DNA of 64,000 nucleotides from Mobula birostris (lineage: Eukaryota): the NCBI RefSeq assembly GCF_030028105.1, contig NC_092374.1, forward strand, positions 195,171,345 to 195,235,344, written 5' to 3'. The notes under the pieces are model-generated. The model was not told the DNA's origin. It did not search any database and saw nothing but the letters and a program-made list of their open reading frames with translations. Position 1 is the stretch's first letter. Each line of letters starts with the position of its first letter. Shown here one piece after another: positions 12,340 through 25,210 of this stretch. A program made the translations under genes and the position numbers.

Positions 12340-14140
12340 TAAAGGAAAATACTGTATGATGAACCTATTGGAATTGTTTGAGGAAATTGCAGTTAGGATA
12401 GATAAAGGGAATGTAGTGGATGTTGTATATTTGGATTTTCAAAAGACCGTTCACATGGTGCCACACTTGAAACTGCTTACCAAGTTATGAACCCATTGAT
12501 TGGAGTCAGCGAGTGGGAATAAAATGATCCTTTCTGGTTGGCTGCCAGTGAGTAGTGGTGTTCCGCAGGGGTCAGTGTTGCGACCGCTTCTTTTTATGCT
12601 GTATATCGATAAGTCAGATGATAGACTAGATGGCCTTGTTGCCGTTTAGAGATGATACGAAGACTTGTGGAGGGATAGGCAGTATTGAGGAAACAGGAAG
12701 GCTTCAGAAGGACTTAAACAGATTAGAAAACTGGGCAAGAAAGTGGAAAAGGAAATATAGTGTTGGAATATGGAAGACCATGCACTTTGGGAGTAGAAAT
12801 AAATGTGCAGACTGTTTTCTAAACGGGGAGAAAAACTAAAAATCTGAGATGCAAGGTGACTTTGGAGTCCTTGTGCAAAACACCCTGAAAGATAACTTGC
12901 AGGTAGATTCTCTGTTGAGGAAGGCAAATGCAAAGTTAGCATTCATTTCAAGAGGTCTAGAATATAAGAAAAGTGATGTGACGCTGAGGCTTTGTAAGGC
13001 ACTGGTGAGATATCACCTTGAGTATTGTGAACAATTTTGGGCTCCTCATCTACGAATGTAATGATGCAGCTCTATAAAACTCTGGTTAGGCCACACTTGG
13101 AGTAGTGTGTCCAGTTCTGGTCACCTCACTATAGGAAGGATGTGGAAACATTGGAAAGGGTACAGAGAAGATTTACCAGGATGCTGCCCGGTTTAGAATG
13201 TATGCATCATGATCAGAGATTAAGGGAGCTAGGGCTTTACTCTTTGGAGAGAAGGAGGATGAGAGGAGACATGATAGAGGTGTACAAGATAATAAGAGGA
13301 ATAGATAGAGTGGATAGCCAGCGCCTCTTCCCCAGGGCACCACTGCTCAATACAAGAGGGCATAGCTTTAAGGTAAGGGGTGGGAAGTTCATGGGGGATA
13401 TTAGAGGAAGTTTTTTTACTCAGAGAGTGGTTGGTGCGTGGAATGCACTGCCTGAGTTAGTGGTGGAGGCAGATACACTAGTGAAGTTTAAGAGATTACT
13501 AGACAGGTATATGGAGGAATTTAAGCTGGGGGCTTATATGGGAGGCAGGGTTTGAGGGTCGGCACAACATTGTGGGCTGAAGGGCCTGTACTGTGCTGTA
13601 CTGTATGTTCTATGTTCTATGTTCTATGAAAAAATGTACTAGCATTGGAGAGGATTCACAGGACGTTCACAAGGATAATTGCGGGAAGGAAGGCTGATCA
13701 TACGAGGAACGTTTGATGGCTCTGACACGGTAATCATTGGAATTTAGAAGGATGAGAGGGGATCTCATTGAAATCTTTCGAAGATAATAGAAAGAGTAGA
13801 TTGGAAAGGATGTATCTCATTGCGGGGTAGTCTAGAACAAGACGGCACAGCCTCAGAATGGACGGGCATCCATTTAAAATGGATACACGGAGCAACTGCT
13901 TTAGCCAGAGGGTGGAGAATTTGTGGAATTTGTTACCACAGGCAGCTGTGTGGGCAAGCTCTTTGGGTGTATTTAACGCGGAGATTGCTCGGTTCTTGAT
14001 TGGCCACAGCATCAAAGTTTTCATGGAGAAGGCCGGAGATTAGTCCTGAGAGGGGGAAAAATAAGGGTCATCAAGATTGAACGGCAGAGCAGACTCGAGG
14101 GGCAAAAGGCCTAATGCTGTACCGATATCTTCTGGTCTAA
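12340..14140 (+). mobile_element. Older CR1 RT fragment interrupted by a younger 5'-truncated CR1 (about 13057-13628); paralogue at about 38000-39790
   Basis: Host frame ...RYHLEYCEQFWAPHL resumes after a (TATGTTC)n-tailed insert that carries ERVQRRFTRMLPGL...RGDMIEVYK. Confidence 0.8.
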
Positions 14141-14229
14141 GAAGAAGCATTCTCAAGGCAGGATGACGCGGACAAGAAAAGTGAAAGCCAACATAAAATC
14201 CAAAAGGAGCGCCTATACCAGAGCAAAAT

Positions 14230-14470
14230 TTATTTATTGAGATACAGCGCCAAACAGGCCCTTCGAACCCAGCAATTTCCCCGATTTAATCGGAGTCTAA
14301 TCACGGGGCAATTTCCAAAGACTAAGTAAACTGCCCACGGGTACGTCTTTGGACGTACACAGCCACACAGCCACGGAGTGTACGTACAATCGGCAGACAG
14401 GACAACGGCGGGAAGTCAACCCGAGTTGTCTGCACTGTAAAGTTTAGTGCTAAACACTACACTCTCGCGA
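14230..14470 (-). mobile_element. tRNA-derived V-SINE-like element (paralogue 39880-40145)
   Basis: Reverse complement resembles GTAGTG..TTAGCA...GGGTT(C)GA tRNA boxes plus the CCCACAGTCCAAAGACGTAC core. Confidence 0.65.
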
Positions 14471-14479
14471 GAAGTTAGA

Positions 14480-15430
14480 GGATTGGGAACATTTTAAATA
14501 TCAACAGAAGGCGATTAAAACGTCATAAAGAAGGGGAAGATAGAACACCAGAGCTAGGTCAGCCAATCGTATTAAAGAGAGAAAAATGTTTCTTCATATA
14601 CTGTATGCAACGTAAAAGAAAGCGAGAGTGGATATCGAACTGCTGCAAATGATACTAGAGAGGTAAGTAATGGTGGCAACGAAATGGCGGACAAACTGAA
14701 TACGTATTTTGCATCATTCGTCACTGTGGAAGAAACTAGCAGTATGCAGCTGTTCGAGACTGTTAACGGTAGAATTGTGTGATACTGCTTTTACTAGGGA
14801 CAACGTTCTTAGGGAAGTGGAAGGTGCGTAGGCAGAGCGGTCACCTGGTCTAGACGGTCTATACTGCAGGGTTCTGAAAGAGGTGACTGCAGAGATTGTG
14901 GAGGCATTCGTAATGTTCCTTCAAAAATCAGTGGATTCTGGCATTGTTTCGGAGGTCTGGAAAATTGCAAATGTCACTGCACTCTTCAAGAAGGGGAGCG
15001 GCAGGACAAATTACAGGCCCATTAATGGGACTTCGGGTCTGTGAGGATGTTGGAGTCGATTGCTAAGGATGTGGTTTCGGGTTACTTAGAGGCACACGAT
15101 TGAATAGTCCATAGCCTCTGGCTTCCTTATGGGAAAAGGAGCCAATGCTATTACAGGGAAGATACTAGGATGGACAGAGGATTGGTTGATTGACAGGAAG
15201 CAACGACTGGGAACAACAGGCGCCTTTTTTCACTTGGCTACTTGTGAGTAGGGGTGTTTCACAGCAGTTTGTGCTGCGGCCGCTTCTTTTTATGTTATAC
15301 TTCAATGCTTGGATGCTGAAATTTGTGGCTTTGCGGCCAAGTTTGAGGATGATACGAAGACAGGTGGAGGGCCGTCCAATTAGAACGGAAATAAGGAGGA
15401 ATTTCTGTATCCAAAGAGTAGTGAATGCAT
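14480..15430 (+). mobile_element. Highly decayed CR1 ORF2 fragments (paralogue about 40150-41100)
   Basis: tggaaaattgcaaatgtcactgcactcttcaagaag and ...IRTEIRRNFCIQRVVNAW. Confidence 0.7.
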
Positions 15431-16359
15431 GGGACTCATTACCACATGCGGCTGTGGAGATCAGGTGCACGAAGAATGTTACCCAGGTTTTCTGCATTTT
15501 GGATATGGATTTGGACTACAGACTTTTATATTTCAGACTTATAGTGTTTTTCAGTTATGCACTTTCCTTCTCGATTTTTGTGTCGTGGGATGGGGGATTT
15601 GAGGGTCGATGTACTTATTCCATTTTTGTTTGATTTTTCAGTGCTGGGAGGAGTAATTTGGGGGTTAATGATCGTACTGCTTTACTTTTCTTTCTTGTTT
15701 TCCTGGCTATTTGGAGTAGAAAAATTTCAAAGTTGTGTATTTTGATAATAAATAACCTTTGAATCTTTGAAGTCATTGGGTATGTTTAAGGCAGAGGTTG
15801 ATAGATTCTTGATAAATCAGGGAGTGAAGGAATATGGGGAAAGGGTAGGAGATTGGCCTGAGATGGGAATGCATCAGTTATAATGAAATGGCAGAGTAGT
15901 TTCGATGGGCCAAATGGCTTAATTCTGCTCGTATATCTTATCGTTTTACAGTTCCTAGGAAATTCCTTGTCATCTCTGTTCTAAAAGGATGACCTTTTAT
16001 TCTGAGCCTGTGCCCTCTGGTCCGAGACTCACCCGGATAGACCACATCCTCTCCATGTCCACTCTAGATAAAGATATCGTTGTGCTTCACAGGCCACTTT
16101 TACAGGATTTTCAGCGGCAAAGCCGCGCTCTAAAAACAGCCAGGCTGCAGGGCCACTGAAGAATTACACTGAATTTGATTTTCCTTCACTCAGTGAGACG
16201 AACGAACAGTGAACATATGTCGTCATTACTCATTGAAATGTGCACCACTGCAGGCGAATTGGTACAAGGGATGGGACTGATTTAGACAGGGGCAGGATAA
16301 TGGGCTGCGTTGCGGAAGGAAACAGCAACCTTCAGCTCGGCTCAGGAATAGTCATCCTC

Positions 16360-17400
16360 CCGGAAGCACAAACAAAAAGCCATCTGCTGGTGGAAGTCGG
16401 CGGGTCGAGTAACAGCCACCTGGAAGAGAGAATTTCTGACGTTTTGGATCGAAAGCTCACATCAGGACTGAGACTGGAGTGGTAAAATAGCCAGTATAAC
16501 TAGGAAAGGCGAAGTCGTGAGACAGGGGCCAGTATGTGATAGAGACCAAAGAGGGATGAAAGATCAGGGGCAGATCTAACGATCTGGGCAGGGGCATTGC
16601 TGGAGCTGAGAAATACTGTACTAGCAGATAGATGATAGATGCAAGTTGACAAAGGGGGAAATAATAAAGGCAGACGAGGACGTGTGGGGGAAGAAAGGCT
16701 GAAGGTGGAGACCGGTGCCGGGGTATGGGGTGGGGGGTGGGGGGTAGCGATGAGCGGGCAAACGTTTCCTAGCAGTGCTGGAATCTAATAATTACGGTCA
16801 TGCTGTGAACCATTAAGGGAGCGGTTGAAGATATATGCGAAGGGAATCCGGTGGCAGAGATCTATGAGTCGGCTCATTTTTGCCCCCTTCGCCATCCTGG
16901 TTAATACCACATATCAACCATATGCTTCATGAGCCAGAGTCCCTCCTCCATATCATTCCATCTGCCTCTAACCATCAATGGTTCACGCTATCGCTTTGCT
17001 TACATTAACTCCAAGCACTGGTAGCCATTGTGTTCCAGCCAATCACCTTCCAGCAGCTGTCTCCGCTTTCACCCTCTCCTCGGGGGAGGGGCAATCTCAC
17101 CCCTTTGCCTGTTTCCACCCATCACTCACCTGCCTCTGTCTCCCATCTACATTACTCCTTTGAAAACTGGCTCTATCTGCCTCTTATCCTTCTCGTCTCC
17201 TTGTCTATCAACTGCCATATCTTGCCTTTACCACGCTCCCTCCCCTCTTTATTCCGGCTCTTACTTCACCTTGGCCAGTCCCGATACAGGATGGACCCTC
17301 CACTTCACCCCACCCCCGCTCCCGTATAGAGGTTGCTTGTCCCACTGAGTACTTCCAGCAGTTTGTTTATCATCAGAATGCAGCATCTGCCCTCTCTTGT
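16360..17400. mobile_element. Decayed Penelope-like fragments in both orientations (paralogue about 42010-43040)
   Basis: ctgctggtggaagtcggcgggtcgagtaacagc...gacgttttggatcgaaagctcacatcagg resembles the Penelope pseudo-LTR ends seen elsewhere in the window. Confidence 0.5.
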
Positions 17401-17757
17401 GTCTTCCCCAAGCCACCGCTCAAGCCCCACGCAGCTTCACCAAAGCCCGGCCAGACACACTCGCCCTACTAAATGCCAGTACCAGAGCCACTGAATCTAA
17501 AATCAGACCCAAGGGCTCTCCAGAAGCCGGAAACCCACTCTTCCCGAATCCCAGGTTTGGAACTCTTTCCCAAAATTTGGCTCGGGAAATTTACCCGCCC
17601 CAAAATCCTCAGAGCTCACTTCAAGCAAGGTCAGCCTCATGGACACCAGCCTCAGAGACATTCACTCTCTTCAAAGCCCGATTCAACGACAAACGATCTC
17701 TTAAGACCCTGCCTAACGCCATTAGATTTCCCCAATACTCGGTGAAGGAGCACTTAC

Positions 17758-17900
17758 CGTTTTCAAAATCGCTGCCGAATCTAAATCCTGCCGTGGACGT
17801 CTTAAGCCCAAGCTTTGTACCACAAAGCACAGACGTTATGCACACAACCGAATCTTAGTTTTACTTATAGCACTTCCAGTTTCCTTATATAGTAATGCGC
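17758..17900 (-). promoter_or_regulatory. Candidate promoter and non-coding first exon, copy A
   Basis: TATATAAG at 17884-17891, ETS-like GGAAGTG beside it, about 100 ATG-free nt, then donor ACG|GTAAGT at 17757. The leader exon has a strong acceptor, so an upstream exon is expected. Confidence 0.45.
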
Positions 17901-18131
17901 ATGTTGTGCATAACCGTTGGTTACAGCACAAAGCACACTTCTCGTTTCCCAATCCTTTGGTGAGATAAACCATCTGTGATTTTAAAGAGCTGTGAAATAA
18001 AACGGAAAAATGTTGGAAAATGTCCAGCGGCTCATCGACACCTGTGTGAAAACATGAGAGGTTTCGGGTAGACGTTATCTAAATAACCCCGCTGTCTCTC
18101 TCTCTCTCTCTCTAGACACACACTCTCTCTC

Positions 18132-18304
18132 NNNNNNNNNNNNNNNNNNNNNNNNNNNNNNNNNNNNNNNNNNNNNNNNNNNNNNNNNNNNNNNNNNNNN
18201 NNNNNNNNNNNNNNNNNNNNNNNNNNNNNNNNNNNNNNNNNNNNNNNNNNNNNNNNNNNNNNNNNNNNNNNNNNNNNNNNNNNNNNNNNNNNNNNNNNNN
18301 NNNN
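18132..18304. other. Assembly gap (173 N)
   Basis: Run of N following a (CT)n tract. Confidence 1.
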
Positions 18305-18609
18305 AACTGAGGAACTGGATCTGCAGTTCAGAATGCAGAATAATCGATGTCATTCTCATCGAAAATGCTCAACGAGTCAAAAAGTAGCTGAGGAGAGTAC
18401 ATTCCCTCTTGAAAGAATCGCAACAGTTAAAAACTGAAACATAACTTTGCAAAGAAGCGGAAAGTGATTAACAAATTATCACTTTGACATGATGGAGAAC
18501 ACGTGGGATAGGAATACGCCTATAGTGGATGTGCCAGCTAACATATCAGTGAAGCATCCACACACCCCCGGTAGAGAGAATTCCAAAGTAGAGAATAATA
18601 CGCAGACCT

Positions 18610-19060
18610 ACAAATACAAAATGCTGGAGGAACTCAGCAGGTCAGGCAGCATCTATGGAGAGGAGGAAATAGTCGACGTTTCGAGCTGAGACCCTTCGTC
18701 AGGACAGCCAATTTAGCTAAAATTGGTTTAGGCGGAGGAAACGAAAGTAGGCGACAAGTATGAGTAGAAGAGAATAAAAATAAAACACTGGGAAATAAAA
18801 TTCCACCCTTGTTAACCTAAAACAGAGGAGATCTCTGTAAAACACGTACCCACACACATGCGCGCATAAAGGATCAGAGAGTATCAGGGAGGGAGGGGAG
18901 GGGAAAGCGAAGTTAATCTTACAACAGATCTATTTTCATCAAAAGCTGCGCTTCAAATACAGACGGAATTCCTTTTGTCCGGAATTATTGAATTTTCTTT
19001 TGAGTCCTGAATTGTGCAATGAACCCAGACAGAAGGTGCGGAATTCACTCAAGAAACTTT
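18610..19060 (-). mobile_element. Penelope-like pseudo-LTR fragment (paralogue about 44290-44720)
   Basis: acaaaatgctggaggaactcagcaggtcaggcagcatctatggag...gtcgacgtttcgagctgagacccttcgtcagg. Confidence 0.65.
18671..18705 (-). ncRNA. Minimal hammerhead ribozyme-like motif
   Basis: Minus strand GTC-CTGACGA-AGGGTCTCAGCTC-GAAAC-GTC-GAC; weaker stem II. Confidence 0.45.
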
Positions 19061-19399
19061 ATTGGATAGTATCAGTGGCCAAGAGAAGAGAGCCCAGAGT
19101 GACAGTGGGTGGAGAATTATTATGTCAGACAACAAAAAAGCTCAGGGTCGCTCTGTGAACTATACAGAGGAGCTTTGCCATCACGTCACTGAAATGTATC
19201 TGGTTTCTCCAACGTAGAAGAAACAACCCTGTTATGCGGCACTCCGAATTAGAAGTATAGTGAGTAGCTACGTCATCTGGGCGGGGTTTCAGTCTCGGCA
19301 TAAGAAGTTCTCTACCTACATTCTATGACAAGAATGGCGTCAATGATCACCTCAGAGAATTCGGGATGGTCGTTAAAACGCTGCAACTACTTCTGTGGG

Positions 19400-20362
19400 T
19401 CATTTCTGAAGTAAGCATCATCCCTTCAGTATTAATCAATGAGCTTCAAGGCCTCGGTACCTCCCCCTGCAACTGGTCCTCAACTTCCTAATCGGGAATT
19501 CACGGTTAATACGAAACACAAACAACATCCCCTTCTTGCGAACAATCAATACCTCAACGATGCGTATGTAGCCCCCTACTCTATTTTCTCTGCACTCATG
19601 ACCGTGTGACTCGACACAGCGCAAACGCCATCTATGAATTCGCCGATGACGCAGCCATTGGCGGAATCTTTGACAGCGACGAAGAGGTGAACAGAAGTGA
19701 GGTACATCGGCTGATTCACTGCCGTCACAACAACAACCTTGTACTTAACGTCAAAACTAAGAACTTAATTGTGGACTGACTTCGAGAAGGAGAAGTCGAG
19801 GGAATAAAAACTAATGCATATCGAGGCGTCAGCAGTGGGAAGGTCGAATAGTTTTAAATTCCTCGGTGCGAACATTTCTGAAGATCTACACATGTGGACC
19901 CAACATATTAATAACATTACTACGAGTGCATGCCTAAGCCCATATTTCAGTGGGAGTTTAATGAAATTTGATATGTCACCGAACGCTCTCCAAATTTCTA
20001 CAGATGTACTTTGGAGAGTATTATAACTGGTTGAATCGCCGCTTGTTATTTTTCTGTATACCATCGGAAAGATCTACAGAAGGTTGTACGATCAGCCAGC
20101 TCCGTCATGGACTAACCTTCCCACCATTGAGGACATTTTCAAAAGGCTATGCCTCAAAGTGGTGGCATCCATCATTAAAGACGCCTGGCAACCAGGACAC
20201 GCCTTGTTCTTATTATTACTGTTAGAGGTACAAGGCCTGAAACACAGTCCGTGTTTTCAGAACAGCTTAGCAACAGCTTCCTTCCCTCAGCCATCAGATT
20301 TCAAAACCGATTGTGAACTAACCCACGAACACTGCCTCACCATTTTTGCCCTCTTTTTGCGC

Positions 20363-20403
<41 letters not shown>

Positions 20404-20510
20404 CCTCTCCCCCCCCTCCCCCCCCTTATATTGCATGCATTGCACCGTACTGGTACCGTAAAACAATAAATTTTACTACATATGTCAGTGTTCATACACT
20501 TGATCCTGAT
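19400..20510 (+). mobile_element. Decayed Rex/Babar-like LINE RT fragment; its paralogue in unit B is split by the Nimb/I insertion (45085-45652 plus 51005-51510)
   Basis: YEFADD/YKFADD, W(C)HNNNLVLNVKTK, FKFLG motifs. Confidence 0.65.
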
Positions 20511-21074
20511 TTGTTTTCCTCTGTTAACTTTAGGTTACGATCACAACCAGGCGAAATAGAGAGAATATCTTGTTGATGCGGATCACAGTGGGTTTCCTGA
20601 GAAACAACCACGATGGAACACTTCTGCTGATGTTGCCGTCAGCAGGAGAAACTGCGAAATGTTTCACAATGTGGGAAATTTAACTTAGCAACAGAATGAC
20701 GCTCCCAAAATTGTTCAATGGTCTCAGAAAGTTACCAGTGTAACGGAGAATGGGAAGCGAAAACAGATCAGTACAAACCAACAAAAATAACCATCTTCTC
20801 AGACGATCAACTCTGCTGAGATAGTCATAGATTGTCGAAATGAGGAAGTCAGAGATTAGTCGAAATCAGATGATCGTAATACTGGCTTCCCGCTCTGTCA
20901 CAGGAAAAACTGCTGAATCTTGAAACATAGTACACTATTTAGTTGTTGAGTCGATGGTCCGTATTTGACTAATCAGCTTCCAGAGCAGACACGAGTTAGA
21001 ACAACAATGTAATTCATTCGAAAACTGTGAAATAAGTGCTTACAGATTAATTATTTCACGTTATTTCTGTTATT

Positions 21075-24000
21075 TCTTCAGCAGTTTGAACGGGGTACGA
21101 CTGCGCAAGCGCGTGGATGTCGGCCAGTGCAAACAGCAGGAAGAGTTTAAAAGGAGACAGCTTTACAGAGGCGGCGTCCGAGGAGCGGGCGTCAGAGTAG
21201 TGGGAGACAGCGTAAGAAGGCTTTGGCTCAACGGGGCTTAGGCGATAACGGGTTGAGGCGAAGTAGGTTATCTGTTTAGAATGCAGACATAAAGAATGTG
21301 TGGAGGACGGTTTTCTGTGCTCGGTGTCAGATGTGGGATGTCCTGGAGACTCCCAGCCTCCCGGATGACCACATGCGCACCAGATGTGTCGAGCTGCAGC
21401 TGCTTAGAAACCACATTAGGGAACTGGAACTGCAGCTCGATGACCTTTGTCTGGTGAGGGAGAGTGAGGAGGTGATAGAGAGGAGCGATAGGCAAGTAGT
21501 CACCCCGGGACCACAGGAGACAGAGAAGTGGGTAACAGTCAGGAGAGGGAAGGGCAAGAAGCAGGTACTAGAGAGTACCCCAGTGGCTGCTCCCCTTAAC
21601 AATAAGTACACCTGCTTGAGTTCTGCTGGGGCAGACGGCCTACCTGCGGGAAGCAACAGCGGTCGCGCCTCTGGCACAGAGTCTAGCCCTGTGGCTCAGA
21701 AGGGTAGGGAAAGGAAGAGGATGGCAGCAGTAATAGGCGACTCTATAGTTAGGGGTCAGATAGGCAATTCTGTGGACGCAGGAAAGAAACACAGATGGTA
21801 GTTTGCCTCCCAGGTGCCAGGGTACAGGATGTTTATGATCGTGTCCACGAGACCTTGAAGTGGGAAGGAGAACAGCCAGAGGTCGTGGTACATATTAGTA
21901 CCAACGACATAGCTAGAAGAAGGCAGGAGGTCCTGAAAACAGACTACAGGGAGTTAGGAAAGAAGTTGCGAGGCAGGACCTCAAAGGTCATAATCTCGGG
22001 ATTACTACCTGTGCCACATGACAACGAGTATAGGAATAGAATGAGGTGGAGGATAATGCATGGCTGAGGAATTGGAGCAGGAGGCAGGGATTCAGATTTC
22101 TGTATCGCTGGGACCTCTTCTGGGGCAGGTGTGACCTTCACAAAAAGGATAGGTTGCACTTGAATCAGGGGAGGACCAATATCTTAGCGGGGAGGTTTGC
22201 TAAACTATTGGGGAGAGTTAAAACTAGAACTGCTAGGGGAAGGGAACCGAACTGAAGTGACGGAGGAAAGGGAGGTTGGCTCACAAATAGAAAAAGCTTG
22301 GGGACAGTGTGAAAGGGAGGATAGGCAGGTGATAGAGAACGGACGCGCTCAGACCAATGGCTTGAGATGTGTCTATTTTAATGCGAGGAGTATTATGAAT
22401 AAAGCGGATGAGCTTAGAGCGTGGATCAGCTCTTGGAGTTGTGATGTTGTGAGCATTACAGAGACTTGGATGGTGCAGGGGCAGAAATGGCTACTTCAAT
22501 TGCCAGGCTTTAGATGTTTCAGAAAGGATAGGGTAGGAGGCAAAAGAGGTGGAAGCGTGGCACTGCTGATCAGAGATAGTGTCACGGCTGCAGAAAAGGA
22601 ACAAGTCATGGAGGGGTTGTCTGCGGAGTCTCTGTGGGTGGTAGTTAAGAATAGGAAGCGATCAATAACTTTACTGTGTGTTTTTTATAGACCACCCAAT
22701 AGTAACAGGGACAGCGAGGACAGATTCTGGAAAGGAGTAAAAATAATAGGGTTACTGTGGTGGGAGATTTTAATTACCAAAATATTGATTGGCATCTCCC
22801 TACAGTGAGAGGTTTAGATGGGGTAGAGTTTATTAGGTGTGTTCAGGCAGGTTTCCTGACACAATATGTAGATAAGCCTACAAGAGGAGAGGCTGTACTT
22901 GATCTGGTATTGGGAAATGAACCTGGTTAGATGTCAGGTGTCTCAGTAGGAGAGCATTTTGGAGAGAGTGATCACGATTCTAAATCCTTTACCATAGCTT
23001 TGGAGAGGGATAGAAACAGACAACCTAGGAAAGCATTTAATTGGAGTAGGTGGAAATATGAAGCTGTCACGCAAGAACTTGGAAGCAGAAATTGGAAACA
23101 GATGTTCTCAGGGAAACGTACGGAAGAAATGTGGCAAATGTTCAGGGGATATTTGTGTGGGGTTCTGAGTAGTTACGTTCCAATGAGACATGGAAAGGAT
23201 GGTAGGGTACAAGATCGGTGGTGTACAAAGGCTGTTGTAAATCTAGTCAAGAAGAAAAGAAGAGCTAACGAAGGGTTCAAAAAACTAGGTAATAACAGGA
23301 ATCTAGAAGATTATAAGGCTAGCAGGACAGAGCTTAAGAATGAAAACAGGAGAGGCAGAAGGGGCCATGAAAAGGCCTTGGCGGATAGGATTAAGGAAAA
23401 CCCCGAGGCACTCTAGAAGTATGTGAAGAGCAAGAGGATAAGACGTGACAGAATAGAACCAATCAAGTGTGACTGTGGATAAGTGTGCATGGAACCGAAG
23501 GAGACACAGGTACTAAATGAATATTTTGCTTCAGTATTCGCTACGCAAAAGGATCTTGGCGGTTGTAGGGATGATTTGCGGTGGACTGAAAAGCTTGAGC
23601 ATGTAGATATTAAGGGAGAGGATGCGTTGGAGCTTTTGAAAAGCAATAAGTTGGTTTGGTCACCGGGAACAGACGGCGTGTACCCCAGGTTACTGTGAGA
23701 AGAGAGGGAGAAGATTGCTGAGGCTCTGGCAATAATCTTTGCATCATCAATGAGGACGGGAGAGGTTCCGGAGGATTGGAGGGTTGCAGATGTTGTTCCC
23801 TTATTCAAGAGAAGGAGTAGGCATAGCCCAGGAAATTATAGGCCAGTGAGTCTTACTTCAGTAGTTGTTAAGTTGATGGAGAAGATCCTGAGAGGCAGGA
23901 TCTATGAACATTTGTAGAGGCATAATATGATTATGAATAGTCAACATGGCTTCATGAAAGGCAGGTCGTGCCTTACGAGCCTGATTAAATTTTTTGAGGA

Positions 24001-25210
24001 TGTGACTAAACACATTGGTGGAGGAAGAGCAGTAGATGTCGTGTATATGGATTTCAGAAAGGTACCCCATGCAAGGCTTATTGAGAAAGTAAGGAGGCAT
24101 GGGATCCAAGGGGACATTGCTGTGTGGATCCAGCAATGCCTTGCCCACAGAAGACAAAGAGTGGTTGTAGATGGGTCATATTCTGCATGGAGTCCGGTGA
24201 CCAGTGGTGTGCCTCAGGGATCTCTTCTGGGACCCCTACTCTTTGTGATTTTTTTTAAATAACCTGGTGAGGAAGCGTGGGGATGAGTTAGTAAATTCGA
24301 TGATGAGACAAAGATTGGGGGTCTTGTGGATAGTGTGGAGCGCTTTCAGACGTTACAGCAGCATACTGATAGGTTGCAAAACTGGGCTAAGAAGTAGCAG
24401 ATGGAGTTCAAACCAGATAAGTGTGAGGTGGTTCATTTTGGTAGGTCAAATATGATGGCAGAACATACCATTAATGGTAAGACTCTTGGCAGTGTGGACG
24501 GTCAGAAGGATCTTGGGGTCCAAGTCCATCGGACACGCAAAGCTGCTACGCAGGTTCACTCTGTGGTCAAGAAGGCATACGGTGTATTGGCCTTCATAAA
24601 TCGTGGGACTGAGTTTAGGAGCCGAAAGGTAATGTTGCAGCTATATAGGACGCTGGTGAGACCCTACGTGGAGCACTGTGCTCAGTTCTGGTCGCCTCAT
24701 TGCAGAAAGGACGGGAAAACCATAGAAAGGATGCAGAGGAGATTTATAAGGATGTTGCCTGGATTGGGGAGCCAGCCTTACGAGAATAAGTTGAGTGAAC
24801 TCGGCCTTTCCCTTTGGAGCGACGGAGGATGAGAGGTGACCTGATAGAGGTGTATAAGATGATGAGAGGCATTGATCGTGTGGATAGTCAAAGGCTTTTC
24901 CCCGGGGCTGAAATGGCTAGCACGAGAGGACATATTTTAAGGTGCTTGGAAGTAGGTACAGAGAAGATATCTGTGGTAAGTTTTTTACGCAGCGAGTAGT
25001 GAGTGCATGGAATCGGCTGCCAGCGATGATGGTGGAGGCGGAAACGATAGGGTGTTTTAAGATACTCCTGGATGGATACATGGAGCTTAGGAAAATAGAG
25101 GGCTATCGGTAATCCTAGGTAGTTCTAAGGTAAGGACACGTTCGGCACAGCTTTGTGGGCCAAAGGGCTTGTATTGGGCTGTAGGTTTTCTATGTTTCTG
25201 TGTTTCTATG
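21075..25210 (+). mobile_element. Near full-length decayed CR1 LINE (ORF1 zinc finger, coiled coil and SGNH esterase; ORF2 APE-RT); probably chimeric
   Basis: CARCQMW, IGDSIVRG, HISTNDI, DRLHLN (ORF1); [44 protein letters not shown] (ORF2); (TTTCTATG)-type tail; many stops. Confidence 0.9.

Noticed and set aside
16240-16485. Identical 81-aa ORFs (also 41886-42131)
   Set aside because: Overlaps Penelope-like repeat sequence, has a non-ATG start and no domain.
17397-17858. 153-aa plus-strand ORF as a host gene
   Set aside because: No recognisable domain; the paralogue has a frameshifting 4-bp insertion and a different start.
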